Assembly (NCBI GenBank): GCA_964016885.1
Contig: OZ024753.1
Location: 10,664,001-10,728,000 of the forward strand
Direction of reading: 5' to 3'
DNA from: Eledone cirrhosa
Lineage: Eukaryota
DNA length: 64,000 nucleotides
In this document: piece after piece, positions 44,390 to 56,812 of the stretch
How the letters are laid out: each line of letters opens with the position of its first letter
Numbering within the stretch: the stretch's first letter is position 1
Made by a program: the position numbers and the translations under genes
Notes under the pieces: generated by a model
What the model was told of the DNA's origin: nothing
Seen by the model: the letters and a program-made list of their open reading frames with translations, nothing else
The model's database searches: none

Positions 44390-45142
44390 CGAGGTTCTCA
44401 AAGTCGGTGCTACCACCCCCGGGAGCATTGAGAGCGTCCAGGGAGCGCTGGGGGTGGTAGAGATGATATAATAGTATATTAAATATCAAATGATACATAT
44501 ATATATAAATATAGTAAAATAAAAAAATATATAATATTTATTTATACATAGTATATATTATATTATTTATACATAGTATATATTATATTTTTTATTATAT
44601 ATAAATTAACGATTGTATTTATTACATATTATTTACAAGTTGGGTGGTGGTTTGGCAGTATCGGTAGAGGGTCGGACAACATGCTTTGTAGCACAGAGTT
44701 ACGCCCCTTTCTGATCTGAGTTCAAATCCTGCCAAGGTTAACTTTGCCTTTCATCCTTACAGGGTCGATAAAATAAAGTACCAGTAATGCACTGGGTAAT
44801 TGCTGGCCTTGTGCCAAAAGTAGAAACAATTATTTACAAGTTGGCAGTATCGGTAGAGGGTTGGACGCCATGCTTTCTAGCATAGTTACGTCCCTTTACG
44901 GTCTGAGTTCAAATCCCGCCGAGGTTAACTTTGCCTTTCATCCTTACGGGGTCGATAAAATAAAGTACCAGTAATGTACTGGATAATTGCTGGCCTTGTG
45001 CCTAAAGTAGAAACAATTATTTACAACTTGCATGTAGGCAGGTCTCTCTGGAAATAGGGTTGTGTGTGTGTGGGGGGGGGGGGGGGGGGGGTATTACGTG
45101 GTTGTGAGGGGGACAGTGGTCCAAAACGTTTGCAAACCTCTG
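44390..45142 (+). mobile_element. hAT-like MITE M1 containing two tandem S1 SINEs (44643-45022)
   Basis: gaggttctcaaa ... tttgcaaacctctg termini; SINE A/B boxes inside. Confidence 0.75.
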
Positions 45143-45418
45143 CCCTAAACCAACTCTTGTAACAGAAGATCTAGTAACCTATACTAACGGTGTTTATCGA
45201 TGATATTAACGGTATAGCCATTATCAATATTTATTTCCGCTTTAGTTTCAGGTTGGAAATCTTTATATAATATTCTTTTGCTTCGCAGAATTGTTTGTCT
45301 TCTCTTGTGTTGAAAAGAGGATTTTATTAAGTCTTCCATTTGCATAACTGTCATGACATTTACCTCATGGAATATTTCTAATTTGACTCGGTGTATTCAT
45401 TGTATTCTTCGTTTAACA

Positions 45419-46130
45419 CAGAGGTTCTCAAACTGTTGGGACCCTCCCTCCCTCCCCCCTCACCGCCACGTAATACCCTTTAGCCCCCCCCACCCCCCAA
45501 AAAACCCTACAGAGAGAGACCTGCCTACACACGCAAATTGTAAATAATTTATAGGCACGATCGACTTACGTCAAATCGGACCTAGGAAACAATGTTTCCG
45601 CTGGTCTTTCCAATTGCTAATACTATCTATCGGTCGCAACTCTAGGTAGAAGGAGCAACGTGAAATAAAGTGTCTTGCTCAAGGATATAACACATCGCCT
45701 GGTCCAGGAATCGAACTCACAACCTCACGGTTGCGAATCCAGTTCCCTAACCACTCAGCCATACGTCTTCACACTTGTAAATAATATATAATAAATACAA
45801 TCGTTAATTTATATATAATAAATACTATAATATATACTATGTATAAATAAATATTATATATATATATATATTTTTACTATATATATATATATATATATAT
45901 AAATTGTTTCTACTTTTGGCACAAGGCCAGCAATTACCCAATGCATTACTGGTACTTTATTTTATCGACCCCGTAAGGATGAAAGGCAAAGTTAACCTCG
46001 GTGGGATTTGCTTTGCCTATCATTTAATACTTAATATAGTATTATATCATCTCTACCACCCCAGCGCCCTCTGGACCTTCTCAATGCTCCCGGGGGGGGG
46101 GGGGGGTAGCGCCGACTTTGAGAAGCTCTG
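45419..46130 (-). mobile_element. hAT-like MITE M1 with nested SINEs (CORE-like 45653-45770; S1 45902-46010)
   Basis: cagaggttctcaaa/tttgagaagctctg; TSD gtttaaca/gtttaatg. Confidence 0.75.
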
Positions 46131-46405
46131 GTTTAATGCATATAAGTGAATTTCTTGCCCAGAGACATGGTGTAAAAAATATTAATGGAATTTGAATTTA
46201 TAACCCTGGTGAATATAAAACATTTGGTCTCAGATGTTTCTTCATTAAGTTGTTTTATGAGGGAGGGAGGTCACTTTGAGAAGCTCTGGTTTTACAGATA
46301 CAACTCTCATTGAATTGCAGTCCATATCTGTATCAAATTTTAACAACTTTCCGCTCTTGAAAAGTTATAATTTTATCCATCATTCAATAAAGTTAGACTC
46401 TAGAC

Positions 46406-46694
46406 CAGGCAGGGGAAACCTTTATCGAGAAGCGCGGCGCATGAGATATGGCTCAACGTCAGGCGGGCAACAAGCGCTAATTTACATTCGTGCCCACATT
46501 TTAAAAAAAGGGCGGAAACTCAGGTTGTTTCGATTTGTTTCTTCAGAATTCGTATATGTTTACCTCGATCGTAAAAATGAGAGAAAGATAAATTACGACG
46601 GAAAAGATGGGGTAAAAAAATTAGAAAGGTTTCACTTAGGTGAATTAGGCGAGCTATTTAGAAAGCTTCGTGGGCCGCAGGTTGTCCATGACTG
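46406..46694. mobile_element. hAT (Charlie-like) MITE
   Basis: CAGG...ACTG termini, gggccgcag subterminal motif, 8-bp TSD ctctagac/ttctagac. Confidence 0.75.
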
Positions 46695-47540
46695 TTCTAG
46701 ACTCCCTGAAATGAGAGTCTTCACATATAGTTAGAGTTACTCACAACTTCACTTTATAGCTACACATTCTCCATCTTCCTAACAAGCCAAGAATTTGTTC
46801 AATGACCACGCATGTCCAAGATATTGTAAAGTTGGAACGAAACGAAAGGACATGCTTGAGAGTCGAACTTCTTAAACACGCAAATATACAGATATATATT
46901 TGCATGTGTGTGCGTGTGTATATAAATGTGTGTGTATGCATCTATGCGTGGGTGTCGCGGGAGGGGGGGGGGTATAATTATATTTGTATATAAAGGAAAC
47001 ATCTATTCTTTCTAACATGTTACAGTGGAACATAATTCCATATAATTTTTTTTATTCGGAATATTTTATTAGTTTTCGGTTTATAGTTTGCAAAATTATC
47101 TATACGACACCCATCAATGTTTCCGACTAATTTTCCGAATTAAATATGGTTTTATCACAACATCGGTACCATGGTCCCTTGCTGCCTGCTATAAAAATGA
47201 GGCCGCGATCTTCTTGAAAAAATTAATGGACTCTCCAACGGAACTATTCCAATTTATCATAAAGCTTTTTATGTTTATTTATCTATGTATACATATGTGT
47301 ATGTATATGCATATATATATAAGTGTGTGTGTGTAGGTGTATGTGTGTGTGTAGGTGTATGTGTGTACACACACACAAACATGTGTGCATATATATGTGT
47401 GTGTAGGTGTATGTGTGTACACACACACAAACGTGTGCATATATATGTGTGTGTAGGTGTATGTGTGTACACACACACAAACGTGTGCATATATATATAT
47501 ATATATATATTATATATACATACCACACGTACATACAAAA

Positions 47541-47580
<40 letters not shown>

Positions 47581-47639
47581 GTACATTCAAAAAAAAAAAA
47601 AAATATATATATGTATATATTTTTTTTTGAATGTACGTG

Positions 47640-47674
<35 letters not shown>

Positions 47675-48147
47675 TTTTGTATGTACGTGTGGTATGTATA
47701 TATAATATATATATATATATATATAGGTGTGTAGGTAGGTGTACATATGTACGCCATCCACACACAGAAACACACAGAAACACACTCACATATACACAGA
47801 GAATACAAAATTACCCAAGTGTATCGAGTAATTTTGAGACTAAAAATTAATGTCTTCCGTTTTCTGAACATAATACACTTGAATGTGATTATTGTTTGGT
47901 GTCTAGATAGACATGGTAGACATGGTTGTGGGGGGAGGAAGAGGGTTTGGTATAGGGATGCGGGCTGGCCCGGGGGGGGGGGGGTAGAGATAGGTATCAA
48001 AATGAAGGTGGGAAAGAGGTTTCAGAGAAGGAAGTAGGAGGTGGAAGGAAAAAGCTGGAAAACTTGAAGGAAGAATGAAAAATGTATTTCTCTGTTATTC
48101 TTGTCTTTTTGTATTTACAAGAAGACGAAGAAGGAAATCACAGCCAT

Positions 48148-48148
48148 T

Positions 48149-48209
<61 letters not shown>

Positions 48210-48240
48210 GCAACAGCAGCAGCAGAAGCAGCCGCCGCCG
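48148..48240. repeat. (ACA)n/(GCA)n/(GCC)n trinucleotide repeat
   Basis: Direct. Confidence 0.9.
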
Positions 48241-48302
48241 GTAAAGAATGTGAAAAGGAAATGTTATATAGAAAAGTAATTAGAAAGAATCAACAGCAAA
48301 TA

Positions 48303-48966
48303 TAATTGTTTCCACTTTTGGCACAAGGCCAGCAATTACCCCAGTGTATTACTGGTACTTTATTTTATCGACTCCGCAAAGATGAAAGATGAAAGCAAAT
48401 ATCCAGTGTATTACTGGTATTTTATTTTATCGACCCCGTAAAAATGAAAGGCAATCATTGTTTCTACTTTTGGCACAAGGCCAGCAATTACTCCAGTGTA
48501 TTACTGGTACTTTATATTATCGACCCCGTAAAGATGAAAGATGAAAGCAATTATCCAGTGTATTACTGGTATTTCATTTTATCGACATCGTAAGGATGAA
48601 AGGCAAAGTTAACCTCGGCGGGATTTGAACTCAGAATGGCAAGGGCCGAAACTCTATGCGTCAAAGCATGGCGTCCGACCCTCTACTGATACTGCCAATC
48701 CACCGCCCTTATGTACACCTACCTACACACCACAGCAAATATAATAAACCACAACAGCTATAACAATGGCAATAATTGTTTCTACTTTTGGCACAAGGCC
48801 AGCAATTATCCTAGTGTATTACTGGTACTTTATTTTATTGACCCCGTAAAGATGAAAGGTAAAGATGAAAGGCGAAGTTAACCTCGGCGAGATTTGAACT
48901 CAGATCATAAAGGGCCGTAACTATGCTGCAAAGCATCGTGTCCGACTCTCTACCGATACTGCCAAT
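48303..48966 (-). mobile_element. Cluster of S1 SINEs with stuttered 3' tails
   Basis: Repeated ccagtgtattactggta...tcgacccc modules; full heads end at 48708 and 48965. Confidence 0.85.
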
Positions 48967-49084
48967 ATTATGATACAAGTCGAACATAAAACTAGAAGAG
49001 AAACATGAACGAAATAAATCTCTTGTGAAACCGAGACGAAATCTATGTATAACTAACTTTAAAATTGCTAGCTAACAATTGTCA

Positions 49085-49670
49085 GAGCGGCTTTTGTAGA
49101 GCGGCTTGTGTAGAGCGGCTTGTGCAGAGGGCTTTATGTAGCGTGTCTTGTGCAGAGCACTTTGTGTAGAGTGTCTTGTGTAGAGCACTTTATGTAGAGT
49201 GTCTTGTGTAGAGCACTTTATGTAGAGTGTCTTGTGTAGAGCACTTTATGTAGAGTGTCTTGTGCAGAGCACTTTATGTAGAGTGTCTTGTGTAGAGCAC
49301 TTTATGTAGAGTGTCTTGTGTAGAGCACTTTATGTAGAGTGTCTTGTGTAGAGCACTTTATGTAGAGTGTCTTGTGCAGAGCACTTTATGTAGAGTGTCT
49401 TGTGTAGAGCACTTTATGTAGAGTGTCTTGTGTAGAGCACTTTATGTAGAGTGTCTTGTGTAGAGCACTTTATGTAGAGTGTCTTGTGCAGAGCACTTTA
49501 TGTAGAGTGTCTTGTGTAGAGCACTTTATGTAGAGTGTCTTGTGTAGAGTGTCTTGTGTAGAGCACTTTCTGTAGAGTGTCTTGTGTAGAGCACTTTATG
49601 TAGAGTGTCTTGTGTAGAGCACTTTATGTAGAGTGTGTTGTGCAGGGCGTTTTAGTAGAGTGTCTTGTGC
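49085..49670. repeat. 28-bp minisatellite (gtagagcactttatgtagagtgtcttgt)
   Basis: Direct. Confidence 0.95.
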
Positions 49671-49689
49671 AATTAGCAAGATTTAGCAG

Positions 49690-49756
<67 letters not shown>

Positions 49757-49994
49757 AAAAGGTAAACAGAAATAACAACACAAACGGTACAGTATATGGA
49801 AGGGATATAATAGGTTAACGCTTGATATAGCAGGAAGAGGGTCTTAACGTTTCGTTTGTATGTGTTATTATAGGTCCGTGCGAAGCTAAGAAGAAATGTG
49901 TGTGTATATGTGAGTAAAAGGGTGTGTGTGCATGTAAGTACGAAGCTCTGAGCAAAAGTATGTTAATATAAGGGTGTGTATCGGCATGTATATA

Positions 49995-50623
49995 TCTGTA
50001 TATATATAAAATTAAGTATGTGTGTGTGTGTTTGTGTGTGTATTACCTATAGGGGCCTACATCTTACGACCGATTTTCATGAAACTTTACAGGCTCATAG
50101 ATTAGTCATCGGGGAGTGTTTTCTATATATCAGCTTATCGTTTTTTTAATTCTGCAGATAAAAATCGATAGGGGGTGGGGTCACCTTTTTTAGGTATCGA
50201 AAAATAAGATTTTTGGCTCTAGCTCCCACATTTCGCCACCAATTTCGTTCACATTTTAAAGCAAAATAGAATTTATCATTGCACATCCTGTAATGGCTTT
50301 ATATTTTGCATTTGTTCTTCAGGAACGGCGTGGCAGCCGCTTAAATATTCGAAAATACCACCTTTTCGCTCAAATTTCCGCCTTTTCGGCTCTAGCTCCC
50401 ACATTTTTCAACCGATTTCGTTCAAATTCGAAACTCATGCCCAGCATGCCCCTTCGTCAGTCACCTGCGTTTCTCAGTGATAGAGGTCATCACCACCCTC
50501 CCCAGCATGGCCTGTGCGTGTGGCCATAGATGAGTCATCGTGAAGCAGTCGCTAAGATCCACACCTTTTCATCAAAGCAGATATTATTTTACCTACCCAG
50601 GCAAGGCTGGGTACTGCTGCTAG
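49995..50623 (+). mobile_element. Non-autonomous Helitron
   Basis: A|TC start with tatatataaa, 3' hairpin acccagg-caag-gctgggt and CTAG|T end; inserted at an AT site. Confidence 0.8.
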
Positions 50624-50874
50624 TATATATATATAAAGAGAGCGAAAGTAGTTATATTGATTATGTTTACCAATGACATAGCTCTGTTGAAATACTCCAG
50701 TGTTCAGCATGTTAAATACTCAGAGATTAAAGCAATTATAGTAAATTGAAAAGCTTCGATTAACTGAAATCATCCAAGACATTAGTCGCTAGAATCTTCT
50801 TCTAGGGGCATTTAAGAGAAAATCCGAAAGCAACTAGCAACGGACATCACTATAATAAGGTCTAAACTCTGTCT

Positions 50875-51137
50875 TAAGCCAGCAGGCTCATTTGGCCGGT
50901 GCTTATCCTGGTTTCATGGCGTGAAATGACAGAGTAAAAGACTCTTCCCTGGTCAGGACGCCAGTCCATCGCAGAGTTAAACCCCCAGCTATTGCTAGTA
51001 CTCATTTTCAGCTGACTATAATGGAACAACGTGAAATGAAGTGTTTTGCTTAAAAACACAACACGCAACCCAGGAATCGAACCCACCACTTTATCATCGT
51101 AAGTCCAACACCCTTACCACTAGGCCATGTGCCTCCA
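50875..51137 (-). mobile_element. tRNA-derived SINE family S2 (CORE-like plus V-like domain)
   Basis: Minus strand: tggcctagtgg A-box, ggttcgattcc B-box, gcgatggactggcgtcc. Confidence 0.8.
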
Positions 51138-51799
51138 CTATAATAAGATGGGGTGGTTGAAAATGCTGGACGATAACAACAATGTAGTGTGGAGTTTAGA
51201 GAAATAAGTTAACTATACTGTGGTCTTCGGATGATCGTTATGCTGGTAAAATATTATTTATTAGAAACGATGTCGCTTGTAAGAAGAGATCGCTCTCTTT
51301 GACTATTTTCAACTAATTTGTCTGATTAAAAATTTAAAATATTTGAGTATTTTAAATCGTTTTTGCACACAAGGAGACACGAGGTATGAATGGTGACTAA
51401 AATATTTTGAAATTTAAAATATGCATGGCTTGTTGAATTGATTATAAACGAATTATTCTCTAGTTGGTGCCATAACTTGTGTTATACACACATTTACATG
51501 TCTGTACAGCTCCGAGTACAGAGGAACCAAACTCCCACTGCCGTCACCTCCGTCTCCCCCCCCCCATCTCGTGTTATTAGATTTCAGATATTTTGTTAAT
51601 GGTAGAAACACTTGTGTCTGTGAGTCCAAGTTAATGATGTCAAAAAGAGTAAATTCGTAGTTAAACCGACTTAGGATTTAGAGACTATGTTTGTTTTTAC
51701 TGTAGTGCATTAATTAATCCGTATAGAAGGATGTGTGTGTGGGGGGGGGGGGTCAGGATGTTGTAATAATTACCTGTGGGGTCAAATAGATGTAATATG

Positions 51800-53110
51800 G
51801 TTGATACAATTACAACTTTGAGGAAGCAGTGCTAGGTTTGATCCGGTTCATGCGAGATGTAGAGTAGGAAAAGTTAACTGTAGATGATAGAATATGTGAC
51901 ATTTTTGTTAAATATCTTGTAGTCCCAACTGTGTTGGGAGAAATGTTTTGTAAAAGATTTACAAAAACTGGCTGCAGTTTTAAAACATGGTGTTTGTCGG
52001 GAAGAGTTACCAAGTGATGTTTATTTTTATTGTTTTCCGTTTGTGAGATTTAAGATTTATTGTTTCATTTCTGAGAAACCTCTTCATACTAAATCATAAT
52101 TACAATAGTTTGAGGCAGACATGTCAAACTGAGGCTCCCTCGAGGGCCACAAGGGTCACATATGTGTTGTCTGAGGGCCACACATGACAACTAATTGCGC
52201 ACATTACAACTAATATATTTATTTTATATTACACTCGCGCTGTAAAAACCGTTGTCCGGGCCGCAGGTCTTTTTGGTTTGAGGCATCTTCTTTCTGAGGC
52301 ATCTTCTTTCTGAGAGAAGATATAAAAGTCACTAAAAAATATTCTTTAAGAAAATATGTAATAACGAGAAAGATTATGTAGTAGACATGCATTAATGTAG
52401 GACTTTCTGTAAGCAGACAATTGAGAATTGTTGAGATTAAGAGTGACGTCAATAAAGTTGGCAATCTTATCTATTTTAGGAGGTTTATTACGAGCAGTAG
52501 AAAAAGTTCTTTACAAAATTGCTCTTATGATCCTTGAAGGTGAAGTAGGAATTTTGTAAAGTTAAAGTTAACTCTATTATCTATGAAAGAATCAGTTTCT
52601 ATCTCTTTTACTTCCGTGCTAATATCGTTATAAACTTTATTGTCTTCAACGTCTTAGTGGATAGACCTAGAGAAATATATGTTAATTGATTTATCAATTA
52701 CATTATCGGACCATACAACATTGTTATTGATACTAACCGTATTAAGTTTTAATTTCTGTATTCTTCTGGATATGGTTTCTAGAGTGATTCTATATTCTAT
52801 TTTTGTTCATGTGTCAAAGGTCTTCTTCGTGCCGTTGGAAAAGTTTTCTTTGATTTGGTTCCTAACTGTTAGAAATGTTTGGGATAGAAGATAGAAAAGT
52901 TTCATATATATACAACAAACGTCCCGTGATTTCCTCCAGAGGATGCAAGTTGGTGTCGTTTCTCCGTCAAGATAGATGCTAGAGGGGAACTTATCAGGGC
53001 TCACTGTTGAGTTAAGGTTAAATTTGATTATATCCACAACGATGTTTCCCGGGGAGCCGGAAGTTATACAAGATAGAATATATTTGAGGAGGGGATTACT
53101 TCACATATAC
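51800..53110 (-). pseudogene. Decayed, internally deleted Penelope-like retroelement ORF
   Basis: Minus-strand motifs SYFTFKDHKSNF, NFIDVTLNLNN, KHFSQH..YKIFNKN..TVNFSYS, typical of the PLE RT/linker; hAT fragment inserted at ~52116-52270. Confidence 0.7.
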
Positions 53111-53252
53111 AGTCGAGATAAAATGTAGCAGGATCACTTAAAAAAGAAGTCTTTTGTTTTTGCGTAAACTCACGCATATTTTTAGCATCATTATATATAT
53201 ATCTGTGTGTGTGTGTGTGTGTGTGGGTGTGGGTGTGGGTGTGTGTGGGTGT

Positions 53253-53294
<42 letters not shown>

Positions 53295-53336
53295 TTCTTG
53301 TTATGCCCCGTAATTTAGCAGTTCGATAAAATATGC

Positions 53337-53396
<60 letters not shown>

Positions 53397-53398
<2 letters not shown>

Positions 53399-53591
53399 CG
53401 AAGGAAATGTGGTAAGGAACCAGGTGGACCATAACGCACCAAAGTACTCAATACTTAGGGTTGTAGAGTGGGTAATAGGAACCAGTAAGACCCCGACGGC
53501 TGAGCTCAAGCCGTTTCGACGGCTAATTCTGGACTACAGAATTAGCCGTCGAAACGGCTTGAGCTCAGCCGTCGGGGTCTTACTGGTTCCT
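53397..53591 (-). mobile_element. P1 palindromic element copy 3
   Basis: Palindrome 53475-53593 plus tail, in (TA)n. Confidence 0.8.
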
Positions 53592-53614
53592 ATATATATA
53601 TATATATATATATA

Positions 53615-54028
53615 TATCACAGAAAAAAGAGAATCAGTGTTGCGACGAAAATAATTTATTGGACATATTACAATTGTTTCTCGGGCGACCAGCTCGAGAC
53701 ACGATCGATGTGATGATCGAACCTGACTCTGAAATCGCGCAGTACTCGGCTACGTCTCGATTCTACGAAGCAGGTTTTCCTTCGTAGAATCGAGACGTAT
53801 CCGAGGACCGCGCGATTTCAGAATCAGGTTCGATCATCACATCGATCGTGTCTCGAGCTGGTCGCCCGAGAAACAATTGTAATATGTCCAATAAATAAAT
53901 TCCCTTCGTCGCAACACTGATTCTCTTTTTTTCTGTGATATCATTTCTGTGATATCATACTCTGCTCTACGAGAGCATCGAGTGCTCATACGGCCTACCG
54001 CATACGGACGCTTTAAGCATCCAACACC

Positions 54029-54030
<2 letters not shown>
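53615..54030 (+). mobile_element. Asymmetric foldback element P2 (326-bp palindrome plus 90-bp tail) in (TA)n
   Basis: tatcacagaaaaaagagaatcag ... ctgattctcttttttctgtgata. Confidence 0.75.
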
Positions 54031-54083
<53 letters not shown>

Positions 54084-54199
54084 TATATGTTGTGTGTGTG
54101 TGTGTGTGTGATGAAACTCGAGGCTAGTAACGCCACACCAATTTGCTATATCAATAATGTACTTTGGTATTGAGTACTCATATATATATATATATATAT

Positions 54200-54404
54200 A
54201 TTCTTGTATGCCTGTGAGTCTTGGACAATAACAGCAGATCTGGAAAGAAGGACAGAGGCTATGGAGATGAGATGCTTTAGAAAGCTCTTGGCATCACCTC
54301 CAGAGACTGCATCTCGAAACAGGATTTGGTAAACCATCGGGCCCTACAAAGACCGGTTGACCATTGTAAAATAACGCTAATTGAGATGGTACAGGCACGT
54401 GACA
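54200..54404 (+). pseudogene. RTE LINE C-terminal fragment
   Basis: LYACESWTITADLERRTEAMEMRCFRKLL...LRWYRHV. Confidence 0.85.
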
Positions 54405-54659
54405 GCCCCCTCCACCAGCGCCCTGGACCTTCTCAATGCTCCCCGGGGAAAGGTAGCGTCAACTTTGAGAACCTCTGGTTTGAATCATAAGTGAATTTCT
54501 TGCCCAGAGACATGGTGTAAAAAATATTAATGGAATTTGAACTCATAACCCTGGTGAATGATATAACACATTTGCTCACAGACGTTTCATCAAGTTGTTT
54601 TATGTGAATGAAAGTGACTCATCCACCTGATACTAAACAAAATCAACCACCTCTCTTTC

Positions 54660-54763
54660 GTATCGGTAGAGGGTTGGACACTATGCTTTGCAGCATAGTT
54701 ACGTCCCTTTACAGTCTGAGTTCAAATCCCGCCGAGGTTAACTTTGCCTTTCATCCTTACGGG
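54660..54763 (+). mobile_element. SINE S1 fragment
   Basis: B-box and S1 body. Confidence 0.8.
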
Positions 54764-55193
54764 TGACAAAATATAGAAACAATTAATAAAAAATTTTTAT
54801 ATTAATATATGTTTCGAGTATTACAGTCAGGCTGTTGATTTATTTTTACTGTCTGAAAAGGTGACATGATTGCCGAAAACAGGAACAGTTGCCACCATAT
54901 TATTCAACAGGATTGTGTCAATATGTTTTAGATCTAAATTTTTATTTATCATATTTGAAAACCCGAATATTTATAACACTTTTGGTTTCAAATATATATA
55001 TATATATATTTAATACATTAACAGAGAAAGCCTTAAGCGATACTCTGACTAACTCCATCTCACTTAACAAACATTAGGATATACCTAAGTATTTTACCAA
55101 TTTAGTGTTTGGGGTGCTAACTAATCAGTATTTCGTGGATAGCCGGTTGTATTATTTTATATGAGACATAATTAAATAAATATCTCTTTCCTT

Positions 55194-55315
55194 CCAGACG
55201 ATTGTTTCGTTATAAGATTTCTACAATTTGGGATAAATAATGTCCAGGTTATGTAGAAACTTGTATATAATCCTTAGTTTTATACACAAGCGGGCTCTTA
55301 TAAACTCATCAGTGG
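55194..55315 (-). ncRNA. Hammerhead motif with expanded, branched stem II (HH3)
   Basis: Minus strand: CCA-CTGATGA-GTTTATAAGA...TCTTATAAC-GAAA-CAATCG-TC-TGG. Confidence 0.65.
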
Positions 55316-55322
55316 TTGCCCA

Positions 55323-55360
<38 letters not shown>

Positions 55361-55411
55361 ACTCTTTTACCTGTTCCAGCCATCCAGCTAAGGCCATGCT
55401 GGGGCACCGCC

Positions 55412-55460
<49 letters not shown>

Positions 55461-55526
55461 CTTATCTGTAGAATATTCAATTCTTGATTTAATGCTTAGA
55501 AAATTATATATATATATATATTGTTG

Positions 55527-55623
55527 ATCGACAGTCTGAAGAGCAGATCGATAATGGAGTAGGTCCATATCTTCTATGGGTACTCTGAACCAATCGTCTG
55601 TGAAACCCGTGTAACAGGTCGAT
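55527..55623 (+). ncRNA. Hammerhead motif with long stem II (HH4)
   Basis: ATCGACAGT-CTGAAGA-GCAGATCGAT..GGAGTA..CCATA/TATGG..TACTCT..ATCGTCTGT-GAAA-CCCGTG-TA-ACAGGTCGAT. Confidence 0.65.
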
Positions 55624-55816
55624 ACAAATAAAAATCTTAAGTAGAATCCTGCTTGGTGAGGAAGGTGATTTTGGACACCCCACGAGATGCAAAACAGGAG
55701 AGTCAACGGCACCCTATGTTTCTTTTTGTGGAGCGAGAGACTCCTAGTCTTCATTAAGACATCTCTCTAGGAGAAGGTCGCTGTGATATAAAACCTGCAA
55801 TTTCGTTTGTATCCAA

Positions 55817-55915
55817 TAATTGTTTCTACTTTTGGCACAAGGCCAGCAATTTACCAGTACATTACTGGTACTTTATTTTATCGACCCCGTAAGGATGAAA
55901 GGCAAAGTTAACTTC
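55817..55915 (-). mobile_element. SINE S1 3' fragment
   Basis: S1 tail. Confidence 0.8.
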
Positions 55916-56176
55916 GTTTGCATCCAATAATGTAGACCAGTTCTAATTTTTGTGCAAATGCATTCGATATACAGAGAGTGGCCCCGTGCAAAGCTTTTCC
56001 TCACTTATTTCAAGCGATGCCTCTGCTTGAAGCTTTTTTGTGACATCTTTTTAGGGTACATGGCCATAGTCATCCCTAGCAGGACTCCAAAGCCACGTCC
56101 ATCATGCCCATGCTTAAGTATCAAGTGATGGCATTACTGGGAATCGAGTTGCAACCATCATAAATACACAGACATA

Positions 56177-56264
<88 letters not shown>

Positions 56265-56331
56265 ATACACAAAAACAAGAAGGCATAGGACAGAACAAAG
56301 GAGAGGCACAAAACAAAGAAAAGAATCCCCA

Positions 56332-56374
56332 GTCACTGAAGAGGTGACAGAGTGTGTGACGAAAGAACTTTGAC
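56332..56374 (+). ncRNA. Minimal hammerhead motif (HH5) in a (TA)n-bounded element 56262-56523
   Basis: GTCA-CTGAAGA-G-GTGACAgagtgTGTGAC-GAAA-GAAC-TT-TGAC. Confidence 0.55.
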
Positions 56375-56518
56375 AATATATGAACAACCGTCCGATTGTG
56401 GAACCAACCAACCGTAAATTTATAAATTCTTAAATTTATAAATTTAATTTATAATAAATTGGAGTGAAAGCAACTGGTGCGTGTGTTTCCTATTGGCAAC
56501 ATGACCCTCCCAAAGTAT

Positions 56519-56562
<44 letters not shown>

Positions 56563-56564
<2 letters not shown>

Positions 56565-56762
56565 CGAAGGAAATGTGGTAAGGAACCAGGTGGACCATAA
56601 CGCACCAAAATACTCAATACTTAGGGTAGTAGAGTGGGTAATAGGAACGAGTAGGAGCCCGACGGCTGAGCTCAAGCCGTTTCGACGGGTATTTCTGGAC
56701 TAAAAAAGTCCAGAATTAGCCGTCGAAACGGCTTGAGCTCAGCCGTCGGGGTCCTACTCGTT

Positions 56763-56765
<3 letters not shown>
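56563..56765 (-). mobile_element. P1 palindromic element copy 4
   Basis: Palindrome 56641-56767 with the longest centre (ctggact-aaaaa-agtccag). Confidence 0.8.

Positions 56766-56812
<47 letters not shown>

Noticed and set aside
44643-45022. tRNA genes
   Set aside because: A/B boxes belong to SINE heads; no complete cloverleaf
48075-48305. Poly-T/poly-A or poly-Q coding segment
   Set aside because: Trinucleotide repeat with no coding context
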